A stretch of DNA of 64,000 nucleotides from Trichoplax adhaerens (Eukaryota; Animalia; Placozoa): positions 5,274,123-5,338,122 of the forward strand of contig NW_002060944.1 of the NCBI RefSeq assembly GCF_000150275.1, in the 5' to 3' direction. Every line of letters starts with the position of its first letter. Within the stretch, counting starts at the first letter, position 1. Of this stretch, positions 15,401 through 35,710 are shown one piece after another. A program made the position numbers and the translations under genes. The notes beneath the pieces are model-generated. The model was not told the DNA's origin. It did no database searches and worked only from the letters and a program-made list of their open reading frames with translations.

Positions 15401-16930
15401 GTCATACAGTCTACATTTGGGCGATGAGGACAAATTATAATTATTGGAGAGAATATGGCAAGGTTAGCCCAATCATGATCCATTCTTTTATACAGTTTGA
15501 TAGTATTTGACAACAATAATAAATAGATCATAACATAATTTACAAGTCAAATCAGATAATAAAGTTTGCTATCTCTGGGATGACCCATTTGGGTGGGGGA
15601 AGAAAAATACAATCCTATCCAAAATTAGTGATGAAGTTTAACCACCATTAGATCCGAATTATTCGCCGTCATGAAAGGATGGATTAATACATAACATAAG
15701 GAGAATTTTATGTGTCATGAATACCTCATGTGCTGTAATTTTCGGTTATTGCTACGGTATTATGAATGGCTGATTGACTAGCATGGTATGAAATGGTATA
15801 ACTGACAGTTTAGTCAGTCAATAGGTCACAGAAGGGGGTTTGACTATGTTGATCTCGCGAAGCGTTGAACAATAATTATCTGCCACTCGTATACGATTTT
15901 GATGTGTATAGCATGGCAGATAGACTACTTTCATTGTCAAGTTGTTACATGACGATGGAGATAATTTGATATAGCATGATGATAGAATCAACTTGTCTAT
16001 TTCAAGACGGTGCCACCGCCTATTGAACATCAATCGTTTTTCATAGACAATACAGTCCATTTGTATTGCAAGTCTGCTGGACTGTAGTGTACTTTCTTCA
16101 TCTTATTACAGTATTTGTCCAGTCATGCTAAGTTGCATTAACAAGTTCTTCTTCATGCTTGCTAGATAAACATAGACAGTGTAATAGTCGTTGAAAGATC
16201 AAGGTATACGGATCCATTTTTCAACATTGGCAGCGTAATATGGTAGGTATTATGGAGTATTCTCCACGTTGGTAGTTTATGTAGTCTTTTGATTTTTTAG
16301 GGGCGGTGGAGTCGTTGTGATACAGTCAGTACATTACTTGTACAAGAGTGCAGTCACTGAGCACTGAGTAGGTCTTTTGTTCACCATCTACTGTATACGA
16401 GGGATGTTTACAGTATACACGATGTGTCCACCTATTATGGTGGATTGGATAACAGAGTCGTTATCCAATAGGATCGCTTATCATTTGGAGCAATTGAAGC
16501 TAAAAGTTGGATTCTATCGTAGGCTAAAATAGGATAGTACTATTACTCCTTTCTAAGAATTGTTTTATTGAAGGCCATCCATTATCCTAATATTCATCGA
16601 TTGAGCGGAAAGGCTTTTTTGGGTTTTCTGGTAGTCTAGTAGTCAGGCGTGCAAGATGAATGCACAGAGTACAGTATAGTGTCCATTGTACTCGGTACAG
16701 TACAGTATAATAATTCTGAGGTGCAGCGTTTTCCCAAAGCTGTGTTTTGGTCATACAGTACAGTACTGTCGATTCCAGTGCGTAGTACTGTAGAGAAGGA
16801 CTCTAAGTGATTGTCATGTGTGTCACGTGTGCAAGATTGGACTGTACTCTGTTTGCATGGTACAGTATTGGACGTGGGCGTCAGCGGCGGATAAATTGTT
16901 GTCCTGTCCAAGTGTACAACTGAACAATTT

Positions 16931-17345
16931 ACATGTTGCAGTGTTCTGAGCCTTTTTGACTGTACAGTACAGTCCAAAACTGTTAGCTTACTCGAGTAAG
17001 CTAACAGTGTACATGTTGCAGTGTTTTGAGCCTTTTTGAGTGTACACAGTACAGTCCAAAACTGTTAGCTTACTCGAGTAAGCTAACAGTGTACATGTTG
17101 CAGTGTTTTGAGCCTTTTTGAGTGTACACAGTACAGTCCAAAACTGTTAGCTTACTCTAGTAAGCGTAGCGATGTACAGTACATGTTGCAGTGTTTTGAG
17201 CCTTTTTGACTGAACACTACTGTACAGTCCAAAACTGTTAGCTTACTCTAGTAAGATAACAATGTCCAGTACTGTACAGTACAGTGTACAGTACAATTGC
17301 AGTGTTTTGAGCCTTTTGGACTGTACACTGTACAGTACTGTACAG
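16931..17345. repeat. Minisatellite of ~4.5 copies of an 80-88-bp unit containing a 30-bp perfect palindrome
   Basis: Units start at ACATGTTGCAGTG at 16931, 17011, 17093 and 17181, with a partial copy near 17295. The palindrome ACTGTTAGCTTACTC|GAGTAAGCTAACAGT lies at 16979-17008 and 17061-17090. Confidence 0.95.
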
Positions 17346-18888
17346 TGCGATACTGTAAGCTACAGTACTGTACTGTACACAGAAAATGATGAAGCGGATT
17401 GAATTTTCCATAGTACAGTAGACTAGATTGTGTGCCGTGGTTAGGGCTGCTCTACAGTATTTGGATATAATATACTGTAGTCCACTGCATGTACTGTACC
17501 CTTCTCCAATGTATCGACACAACGTACGGCCGATAGGGTAGAAAAGAACAAAACCCCAACAGTGCCTTCACGATTCCGTACCGCTGCTGAGAGTTGAAAC
17601 TTTGGAATCTGGCTCGAATTCTGAAAATCAATTTTACTGCTCAGACTGGATCTGGTGATGAATGTTATTTTGGGTATTTTTTTCCTGCATCCATGCTGAA
17701 AGAGTCCATCGGCAATCGACTGAAATTAATCCTACAAAATAGGCGAGGAAGCCATTGCCATACAACATAATCGGACTGCCAGGATAAAAAACCCCCTGTT
17801 TCTGTGCTTGACTTAGCCGACGAAGCGTTCCTACGATACTGTCGGTCTATTTGGCTACGTTCCAACGATCCATTGGATTTGCAGTAAGTTCAATTTCAAC
17901 TTGTTATCGATGTGCTATAGGCAGCAAGTGGGTATTTGAATGCGGCTGTGCTATACTGTATAGTTGGAGTTTTAGGGAAATGATGTAGGAGGCTTGTGGC
18001 TTGTGAGCATTACTCCTTCACTAGACCTTTGTTAGCAGCAAAGTTGGATACTGCTTGTACTGTAATTGTTGCAAATGATGATTGTTGATTATCAAGTTGG
18101 GTATGAGCACTTGTAATTGACTTTAAAAATTGCAATGCTACTTTGAGGAAAGGGTGTTGTTGAAATGCTTAGTTACAATCTCTTGTGCTCACCGCTTATT
18201 TCATAGACTGTAGCAAGTGGAGATGATGACGTTAATTAATCTTTTCATCGCTTTTGAAAGGTTGTTTTGGCCATACCCGTTTTCCTCATTGGTCGTATGG
18301 TACAACAGTGAATCATTGAATTTTGCTGTCGTATGTTCAAAAGCTTCATTGGCAAGTTGACTAGGTAAGCATCAACATTACTACATGTTTCAAAATGATT
18401 CTCCAATACTATTGCATATGGTCGTTTTGTGTTGTGCTATCATCTCTGCTAGAAGATGACCATGACCAAGTACGGTATCATCCTGAATTTGAAAGATTGC
18501 TGCTGATACCATACTGTACGTACGGTGGTGTTGTGTTTTCCCAAAATGATGTAGAGTAGAGTACAGTGGACGATACCACTCAGGTCTTGCTTGCCACCCT
18601 ATAGCTGACTGTGGACTGTTTTGGTGCATTGCGCAGCTTGCATGACAGTCGTTTCCCGAGTAGCAAAACCAATTTTTCTTGACATAGTGTAGTTACCGAT
18701 TCTTCTCAGCACGCTATTGATTTCATACTTGACTGCTAAAAGCAAACCTGAGTTGGACTGGTCGATCAAGTGGGCTTACAGTACCTCATTTGGGCGCTAC
18801 CGTATCACAACGCCTCACTGTGATGATGACTACAGTACTTTGTACTCTACTCCAGTGAGTCCATTCTCTCTTTCTTCCATGGCTGTTG

Positions 18889-19072
18889 ACTGCAGTCCAG
18901 TGTACAGTACGTACTGGACTGCAGTAAAGTACAATGTACTGTAGTTGAATCCCATGCCAAACCCCTTACGGTACCCCCTTGCAGTCCAGTACGTACAGTA
19001 CTGTACTGGACTAGGTTGTGTGTACAATGTACTGTAGTTGAATCCCATGCCAAACCCCTTACGGTACCCCTT
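18889..19072. repeat. Tandem duplication (~92-bp unit, two copies) with a hairpin in each copy
   Basis: GTACAATGTACTGTAGTTGAATCCCATGCCAAACCCCTTACGGTACCCC occurs at ~18930 and ~19022. A 13-bp perfect inverted repeat lies at 18889-18925. Confidence 0.9.
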
Positions 19073-20575
19073 GATGATTGGATTTCTGCAGCTGCGCACT
19101 GCAAGTTTGTTATTGTTTACATGGGCTAGGAGCCATGGGTATGCTAGGCACAGTGTAGCAGACAGTCCTCAATAGCAGTACAGTAGTCAATACCGTCATT
19201 CAAAACGAAGACAATTCATCTGCTGAGAATCGCGCTTCGACGTACAGTACGTACCTACAGTACTGGGTACTGTAGTCGACGAGTCTACTGCACGGTCAGT
19301 CTCTCGTGTGGACAAACTTTGCAGTATGCCAACCACAGGCTCACGTGATCACCGTACAATGGACTGGACTGGTATGGATCGCATTCTCTTCTCCATCCAA
19401 AAACAACAACACTCGCAACAAGGGTCCCATCAAATCTTGTTACAGTTGAAGTAGAAGAAATCATCCAGTTGGAAAAGTGGTTGGGTTCAAGGCAGTATAG
19501 TTCAGTACATCGGATAAAGAAATAGTCTTGATTATGCATTGAATCATGACCAACTCTGCTTCGTTATCAGGCTTAGTGCTAATTCAAATTGTAACGACGG
19601 AAGTAATCGACAGCAATCAAGAAGAAGTTGCACATGTTGAGGATATTACTGAGATTTTAAAAAGAAGAATCAGCGATCATTTTCATAGGAAAATAGTACT
19701 TTAAAAAACAACTCTTACTCCCATGGTCAGTTTGGGTATATTGAGTGGGGCAGTCAGCCTTGTTATTGATACGCGTGTTGATCATTGAATCAAAACATTT
19801 TCATTGCATGTCGACATGCAAGGATTATTTTATTATTACATTGTATGTACTTTTACTCCATCATGAATAATGATTAGGTGTAGAATATTTCCATCTTTTT
19901 CAATTGCACCCACATTAGTACAACATCAAGTATTGTACAATTATCACTGTAGTCGAAATGATCAATAGGTTACGCTTTTGCTGTTGAAAAACCATTCAAA
20001 AGATGATACTACATTGATTCTTCGGCATACAGATTGACATTGATCAGTTTTGATACGTACGCCTTCATTACAGAATTGCTGCAGAGACGTAAAATTGCCC
20101 ATTTGCAAATAGTCACCACTGAGGGCATGGTTTCACGGTCATTTCATTCGTGAACCATTCCTTTGCCAAGCACTACATAAGACCTACAGTGTACATTTGA
20201 TTCGTCGGCCTGCTTTAAATCATCGTTATAGGTGATTTTACCCACGACTGTTAATGGATCTTAATAAATGTACTACATATGCGTAATTTACTATACTATT
20301 ATCAATAAATAATATACCGTTGTTCAATAACTACCTCGTCTCATTGACCATCATTCTCACTGTCTTTTTCCACCATTTTTACAGCGTGCTACATGTTTTT
20401 TATTCTTATAGTCAAGATAGTATTCAATACTACGATATTATAAAAAAGGATAATTGAACCAATTGACTCCACTCTTCGTTAAGGCTTAACTGATGATGTT
20501 GTGAATGATACCTTTTGATATATAATTTATCTAACCAAGTTGCTCTACCAATGTTTATCGCATCGGTTAGCTTGC

Positions 20576-23500
20576 ATGGAGGACAGATCGTTTAAAAAAG
20601 AAGCTCAAGCTGATAAATCCAACGGTAATTGCCTGGTCTGCAATGATCGTGCTTCAGGTTAGATATGTCTACTATGATAACACTGTCCACGTTACGAAAT
20701 AACTTCACTACAATAATCGATAATTTACAACTTCAGAAAATGTATTTAATTCATTAAAAAATACAACATTGGGTACCGCTTTTAAATCCTACTTACTAAT
20801 TTTTGATAGCTTATCAGCTGTATAATCGTTATCGAACAACTATAAACTAAACATATAACAATAAGAAACAATTCCATAAGCAATGACTATTCAATTGAAT
20901 GATATGCTGAGGCAATAAGTTATCAGTACGGTATATTTCATATTGAATAGTATCATGTATCATGTACTATCTCAAATTGAAGGTATTGCTACACATTATG
21001 GTAATGGTTTTGTGTGATAAAATTACCCATAGATCATGAATTGCTACTAATGACTTTATTGTCGTATCACTATTGTAGTTTACTGATAAATTACTTCATG
21101 GTAATCTTGCTGATCATTCTTCACTCATTCATTTCCTAACCAATATCAGTAATGATTAAAGTCACGTTTTGATTAACGATATAATATGTGAAGGATGAGT
21201 CATAGCAATTGAATTGATAACTATAGGATACTTGTTACTTTAAGATTGCACACTTTTGCTAGTATACCGATATCTAACTTGATAACGGTACTCTTGTTTC
21301 TGTAGCTTTGTAGTTGTATGCTATAATATATATTGAACTATTTCTTTCTAGGGAGGCATTATGGCGTTTACAGTTGTGAAGGTTGCAAGGGTTTCTTCAA
21401 GCGTACAGTGCGCAAAAATTTAACTTACACATGCCGTGATAATCGAAACTGTGATATTGATAAAAAGCAACGAAATCGATGTCAGTATTGTCGATACCAG
21501 AAGTGTCTGCAAGTTGGTATGAAGCAAGAAGGTAAAAAAGAGTCTTTACAATATTGGTGATTGTAATAGCATAACTTTGATTATAGAATTTTAGTATTTA
21601 ATTTTCTAGCTAGTAACAGCATTGATGGACAACTAAATTGTAGGAGTTTACTAACACTGTCAATCGTATTAATGAAAGCTATAGCGTGTTTAATGAATTC
21701 CTATTAGATTTTAGTATTTTTGACTTCTATAAATTACTTTTATGAATCAATTCAAAAAGTTGTAAAGTTGTAGTATTGCAGTATAGCGTTAATATTGACG
21801 AGAGTACTTTGCGAGTCCATTACATTTCAGATGCATACTTCGGATTGTGTTAAAATTTTATAATAATGCATAAAATATGCCTTTATTAGAATTTCGATAG
21901 TGGTCATTGATAATAATTGTTTATGGGAGACATTGCCGGCGACTAAAATCGCAAGGGTTATTGTTCGATAAATAATTGTCTCTTATACTATAGTACCTGT
22001 TCTAAGAATCATGGATAGCATTCAATAGTGTATAGCCCATTGATGTTTTTCAGCAAACGATATCTCAAGTATTAGTTTACTGTACATACTACTGTTTTGA
22101 ATATTTGAAATTTCGCTTCTTACTAAAATGTTATCATTCGTTATACGTATATGCAGTACATACACTAGATAAAGTAATTGCTTATGAAGAAATATTTATT
22201 TTTAAGGCGCTTTTATATTATGAAGGCACTATTTCGGTCAAATTTTTTGACTTTTTAAAACTTAAATTATTTCTTTTTATTATTGGTATTATCAATTTGC
22301 TGTTCATGGTGAAAACCATTACATTAATTGAGCTTACAGACGAATGTTTTGCTCCTTGTAGTATTGTCATGTTTATACTTTATTTCTAGCTGTCGACGTA
22401 GTAAAATAGGTAGTGAGGTATTTGGTACATTTTTTTATCAGTAGTCAGTTATCGATAAATTGGGCCTTGATAAAATAACTATTTCACTAGAGTTAGGAAA
22501 TTGGATAACCTTAAGAGCACTTATATTATTCACATATATAAATAGGAGTGTAAATGAAGCTATTATTGTTGATTTATTTTTTAAACTTTGATGTGATCTA
22601 TATATAGCCGTGCAGGAAGAGCGCGTAAAGAATAGCACACCAACTAGTAAAACCACCTTACCGATAGCAATAGCGGATGGCTTCCCATTACCGACATATG
22701 GGAACGATGAAATGCCAGTTGAAGCTATCCGAGATGCTGAATCTACGCTTAATATGAATAGTGTACCTTACGTCGAAATGCAAAGTAACCCTGTCTTAAA
22801 TATTTGTCAAGCTGCAGATAAACAACTATTTAATTTGGTTGAATGGGCCAAGAAAATACCCCATTTCTGTGATTTATGTGTCGATGACCAAGTAATACTT
22901 CTGAGATCTGGTTGGAATGAATTACTGATAGCTGCGTTTTCGTTTCGATCAATAGCTGTTGAAGATGGCTTGCTCTTATCGACTGGGCATTATATTCATC
23001 GCACTAGCGCGCATAATGCTGGTATTGGGGCTATATTTGATAGGATTTTAACAGAGTTGGTTAATCAAATGAGATATTTAAAAATGGATAAAACTGAATT
23101 GGGCTGTTTGAGAGCTATTATATTGTTTAATCCAGGTAGAAGAGAGAATAGAATAATGAAGGAAAATTTCTTGTAATATGTTTAACATTTATATTTGAGA
23201 GGACATACAGTAGATTGCATATTATATTTTGGTGATATAAATTGGAACCGGTATCGCAGATTGTCACTACTGTCAAACAAATGAATATTGCGCTTTTGGC
23301 TAAAGTAACTTATAGTATCGTGATACAAATTCGAAAATCATACAGTAAATTGTCACCTTCAATAGCCGATATGTAATGAGCATAAAATGTTATACAATTT
23401 TCTCATCTATTTATTTGTTGGTAGTAACTAACGCTACGGTATTAGTATCGTCTAAGTGATTTTTATGACTAAAAGAGAAATTTTAAAAATTGTTTTATTC

Positions 23501-23781
23501 TACTGCTAACTTTTGATGTTTTGTATGTGCTAGATGTTCGCGGTTTGACATCAGCTGATAGGGTTGAAAAGTATCGAGAGCTGGTATATGGAGCTCTAGA
23601 GGCTTACGTCAAGAAAAGGTTTCCTGACCAGCTCTGTCGCTTTGCTAAACTACTGCTTCGATTGCCGGCCTTAAGAGCGATAAGTTTAAAGACCTTGGAG
23701 CATCTTTTCTTTTATAAATTAATTGGTGATCCACCAATTGACACATTCTTAATGGAAATGCTGGAAACAGGCAGTTCTTAA
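20576..23781 (+). CDS. RXR: Retinoid X receptor (NR2B), ~345 aa. Exons 20576-20657, 21352-21531, 22608-23135, 23534-23781
   Basis: C4 zinc fingers (CLVC...[20 protein letters not shown]), T-box EAVQEER, LBD motifs [27 protein letters not shown] and [13 protein letters not shown], and AF-2 FLMEMLE. GT-AG junctions are phase-compatible. Confidence 0.97.
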
Positions 23782-25794
23782 ATAGATCATTTCCTTTCTT
23801 TCAATCCTTTTGTGTTGAAAGATGATGAGATGGATTGTAAAATAGTAGCTGTCTTGTATTGTGGGTCAGTAAGTGTTGTTTTTGTTATGTTACCAAATTT
23901 TTCGTAGTTAATAGAAAATGACCGAGAAATTGTACTGTAGTTTGTTTTAATATTACTGTAATATTTGATTTTTATCTTCATTTTATATAAAAATTTATCC
24001 ACCGAATCACTCTTGTACATAAAACTATATGTTAAATCGCTGTTACGATATACCATAAGATAGCGCAAAGTTAAACATAACCTGTTTTGGCAATATGCAG
24101 TTTTTAATCTTAATTTCGTTTTACTTTTATTGCCATACCTATCGATGTAGCGTAGTAGTATGAGTTATTGTATGGCGTATAATAGACTTGTAATTTACTA
24201 GTGTAACTTACCGGTGTCGATACAATAACAACTACTATGAAGATCTTCAGGCAGCAACCTCAACTAAAATCTAATTAATTAATTATGAGTGCAGATTGGT
24301 TTTTTTATTCCTATTGTTTAAGACGCCTATCTTCTATTTAGTCGTAATGGTGGTCTTCGATTAAAGCATGCCTATATTATATGCGCATTTAATGATAACT
24401 AAAACTTTTAGCGATTGAATGAGACAATTTATATATACGACGTATGTGACTCTTATTTTATTATACATCGTATACTGCGATAAAGAGAGAGATCGCTAAG
24501 TGTATAGCTAGATTTCAGGTTTGCTATGCAGCCATTTTGTCGACTTTTCTTTATAATCTTGCTTGTTTTAATAACAGCAATACGTCAAACCTATTAGGTC
24601 TATATAGGGTTGGAGATCGACCCAAAATCATGTTTCGATTAGCTTTAACTAGCATTGAATGTATATTATTATCTATAGCCCAACGAGAACATTATTTTGG
24701 TTGTATCATTATTACAAGTAGCTTGACGTTTAATTTGCACAATTTGGTTACTAGCCTTCCTAGATAATCGTAGAATAGTAATAATGAATAACTGTAATTG
24801 AAATAAAGAGTATCAGATAACTAAAATGATATCAGAGTGACAGTTCCTACGGAATGAGCATTACGCGTAATTTAAATTACCAGTGTTTATTGGAGATATC
24901 GTGAATGTTCTGTTTAACTTTAATTAGTATGAAAAGGCTATTTAATTATCAGGTACACGCTGGTAGTCTGTATACTTTCCATGGGTGATTCCACAATAAA
25001 ATGTCGTTACTTCTCAACAAAGATGATAGAAACAACATAAAGTAACGTAAAAGCCTATTGATTTGCAGCGATGACCTTTCATGTAATACATTGAATTAGT
25101 AAACTGAACTCTACATTAAATATGTATTAATATTTAAATATTAATAACTATGATAGAAATATGGCAATGATATTGCTATGGCGTTTGCCAGTCCTTGTTA
25201 TGTTTACTCATTGAGTATTATATATTTTATTAACGTTATTGTCAGTTATGTACAGTATAGTATACTGTATGCTGTCTTAAAGTCTATTATCTATCTAGCT
25301 TTTTATCGATCAACTACATACGGATAAAAGAGCGTTGTAGGCATTTATTCGGAAATGTTAAATATTCGATTATGTTGGCTTTTATTAAATATATTTTTAT
25401 AATATAATTAAAACGAGGAAGAACTCAGCCAGGTGGTGTAGCATTTTAAAATGATGTTAGGTAGTTATTAGATATCGATGGCGAAAGAATCTTAACTCTC
25501 CATATAGGATATTTACTAACTTATCTTAAAATATCTAAGATACATTTGTATTAATACAGTCGCTGTTCTCCGTATATCAGTTTTATTTCAGAATCGATTC
25601 TGGAATGCGGTTGTGATAGGAAACCGCAAGCGTTTATTTTGCTATGCTATTTTGACGTATATACAGTATATATGTACATGTAATGTAAATGGTTCAACGC
25701 TGATGATTGCATACCGGAAAATACCTCATCATGCTAATAAATTTTAAAAATTGATGGTGAAAGGAGTGCATTCATACTTTACACTAGCTGATAA

Positions 25795-26907
25795 TTATGT
25801 ACTTTTCTTACTGATATTGACGTAATTTATGCCTAAACAAGACAGTACTAGTGATTGCAAATCACTTTCTTCATCAGTTAAAGCATCAATTTTAAACATA
25901 ACCTGGAAAAAATCTTTTAAATGTCTTAAAAATGCTACAGTATAATCTGTTAAAGGTCCAGTTCTAATTTTGCCAACATCAGGAGGACCCAAAGCAATCA
26001 TTAACAAGGCTAAGGTTTGATGTGTTGCATCGATACAACCACCTTGCTTGATTTCAGATAATAGCTTATATGCAGCATATTGACCAATATCTTCAGGCAA
26101 TTTCTGATCGGATACATCAGCAGTCAGTTGTGACGAATACATGACACCGGAGGTTGTAGTAGCTGTTAAAGTAACACCAAATCCAGGTGATAGACCACTT
26201 TGGTTACCTTTACAATGATCAACATAAATGTATAAATCGGAAATAAAGGGATTTAAGCTATTTCGACAGCTATCAATAATACGATTAGCCATGGCGGGCG
26301 ATACACGTGTTGTATAGCTCAGACCGCGTATTTTCTTGACTTTACCCGTTTCTAACATATTAACAGTGTTCAACTGCCTAATAACTGGGCAACGAAGGAA
26401 GATTTCACCTCCACCTTTAGGCATGGATCCGCGCTTATTGATGGTTAATTCCAATCCTTCATCTAAACCGAATTTTTCCATTAATTTTAACGTTACCATT
26501 TTAATAGTATCAACGCTAGGATCATGACCACCATTGGTGATACCTTGTAAAGTTAATTGCAAGGCAGTCTTACAAAAAGGTGCTAAGCAAAGTATAGGTT
26601 CTAGATAGTATCCAAGACTACGACTTCCGCTACTGCAATCGTGACTCAGTATACCACCATTGATAGTACCTGGTTTATACATCAACTTTGTACCAGTGTG
26701 ATTGATAATTATTTCGCTACCATTGCACATTTTTTCTAACAACTTGATGAAATTTGCTTCATGTTCTTGCAAGCCAGGCTCGTCATCTTTGCTACGTATA
26801 TCAACAATTTTCACTGGTCTTCCACTCAATGTCGATAGTAATAATCTTTGCCTAAAGAAATTACTGCCATGATAAGTTAACCATCGAGTTTGATAATCAC
26901 TTGGCAT
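25795..26907 (-). CDS. RCL1: RNA 3'-terminal phosphate cyclase-like protein RCL1 (18S rRNA processing), single coding exon, 370 aa
   Basis: Motifs GSNFFRQRLLLSTLSGRPVKI, DPSVD, KIRGLSYTTRVSP and the C-terminal LSCLGINYVNISK are typical of RCL1. Confidence 0.95.
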   Translation of the reverse strand: MPSDYQTRWLTYHGSNFFRQRLLLSTLSGRPVKIVDIRSKDDEPGLQEHEANFIKLLEKMCNGSEIIINHTGTKLMYKPGTINGGILSHDCSSGSRSLGYYLEPILCLAPFCKTALQLTLQGITNGGHDPSVDTIKMVTLKLMEKFGLDEGLELTINKRGSMPKGGGEIFLRCPVIRQLNTVNMLETGKVKKIRGLSYTTRVSPAMANRIIDSCRNSLNPFISDLYIYVDHCKGNQSGLSPGFGVTLTATTTSGVMYSSQLTADVSDQKLPEDIGQYAAYKLLSEIKQGGCIDATHQTLALLMIALGPPDVGKIRTGPLTDYTVAFLRHLKDFFQVMFKIDALTDEESDLQSLVLSCLGINYVNISKKST

Positions 26908-27323
26908 GTTGATAGCTCTACTTTTCTTGCCAACTTATCCTATCTGCAAGGTTGAAAACGACAGTATACTTGATTTCTTTCTTCTTTTAAGATAGTTTTG
27001 CAGCAATTATAACTTTTAGCTCCCGTGAGCTCGTGACAGTGTTGGGACCTGGCCTGGCCCAATACGCATGCGTTAACCTGATACTGGCAATCATTCATCG
27101 ACAAGGTGCTTGAACTAAGGTACTTTCTAGTATGCGAGTGAAAAACTACTATCCGAAGGTAATGTTGTAAGCAGGATACTCATAAAGTTGTGTTATGTAG
27201 TGCTATAGAAGAAGAAATGGGGGAGTACTCAGTCATGGACGAGAAGTCCATGACTTAGTATACAGACAGCATGATGATGATGATACAAATATCATACAAT
27301 TCTGTTCAGTCCACTGAGAGACC

Positions 27324-27366
27324 ACAGTACTAATTTACAGTACTATACTCAGTACAGTGTACTGTA
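27324..27366. repeat. (GTACW)n pentamer tract upstream of RCL1
   Basis: acagtac taattt acagtac tatact cagtacagtgtactgta lies ~420-460 bp 5' of the RCL1 ATG. Confidence 0.7.
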
Positions 27367-27865
27367 TTGTAGAGGGTAATCAGATTAGCAGTAGAGAAAT
27401 TATCTCTAAAATAGAGAACCGGCTTTCTGCTATTTTAAAGTTGTCCCTACAACAGTACATAACAAATTAAAACTCTTTATTTTGAATAAATACAGTCCGT
27501 GACACATCAATGTTTATAACCTGATACTTGAGATAGAGAAATATTAACACTTTCTGTTTTGATAATTACATACAAAGTAAATCATAAACTAGGATATTAG
27601 ACAGATTCCATAAATGCTCATTTCCAGCAAGTACGAAGTCCTCCTTCCATGAGTTATAAACATGCCCTATGCATTAATTAACATTGCTTTTCAGATCTTA
27701 CTGTTTACTCTGAGCAACGAGTTCTAGTTTAGATATTGCTATTAGATATGATTATTGTCCTATGCAAGTTAACAATGCAATCCATAAATAATTCAATAGT
27801 GTTTTCGGCAGTTATCACATATTTGAATATAAAAATATAAAAATTGGAACATTAAGATAATAATC

Positions 27866-35126
<7,261 letters not shown>

Positions 35127-35317
35127 CTTGATACAATAATATCCAATAGGTGAATTTGGTAATTATAAATGTTTACAATCAAAGCAAGATCTACGCATAT
35201 GAATTAGGAATAGATTAATCGTCAATCGGAGTGAAATAGTTCTATGCTAAAGTGACAAGAAGAGGAATATACTTTATTGTAGTCCAGTTTTGGGGTTATA
35301 GCCTAAAACGTAAATCT

Positions 35318-35325
35318 TGACGTCA
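35318..35325. promoter_or_regulatory. Palindromic CRE-like site (TGACGTCA) ~190 bp upstream of the ABCC10 ATG
   Basis: Exact CREB/ATF consensus in a promoter-proximal position. A single 8-mer could be chance. Confidence 0.3.
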
Positions 35326-35710
35326 TTGATAGACTAGGATAAGGAAGAATAGAATTAGCTTGGAAACTGGAATTCTACAGTGCTGTACAATGAAGGTGTT
35401 AATTAATAAGAGGTAATAATGATCTGTCAGAGCACAAGCAGTGCAGTAGTCTACAGACCTTATGCATAATATCATCATCGCACTTTCTTTAATGCTTACC
35501 GTATCATCGAGTCTGAATTCAACGTGGTCAATGTTGACAGGAGCAATTTTGACGTGTTATAATTATCAGGTGAAGATCACGCACGTAGTGAAAAACCAGT
35601 CGGTGAAGACCAACAGGTAACGTTCAACTCTTACCACAGAACATCGATCTAACATCTATGTCAATCTGATATAATTTATCATGGCTTTGGTCTACCTTAC
35701 TACTATCACT

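Noticed and set aside
16931-17345. CRISPR-like appearance of the palindromic array (and of the array at 55805-56720)
   Set aside because: The sequences between the palindromes are near-identical rather than unique spacers, there are no cas genes, and the context is eukaryotic. These are minisatellites.
16636-19104. Tyr/Cys/Thr/Val/Ser-rich ORFs (16636-16977, 17238-17522, 18830-19104; similarly 36079-36682 and 56696-56947)
   Set aside because: These are translation artefacts of the stop-poor GTACW pentamer and the tandem repeats, with no protein-like features.
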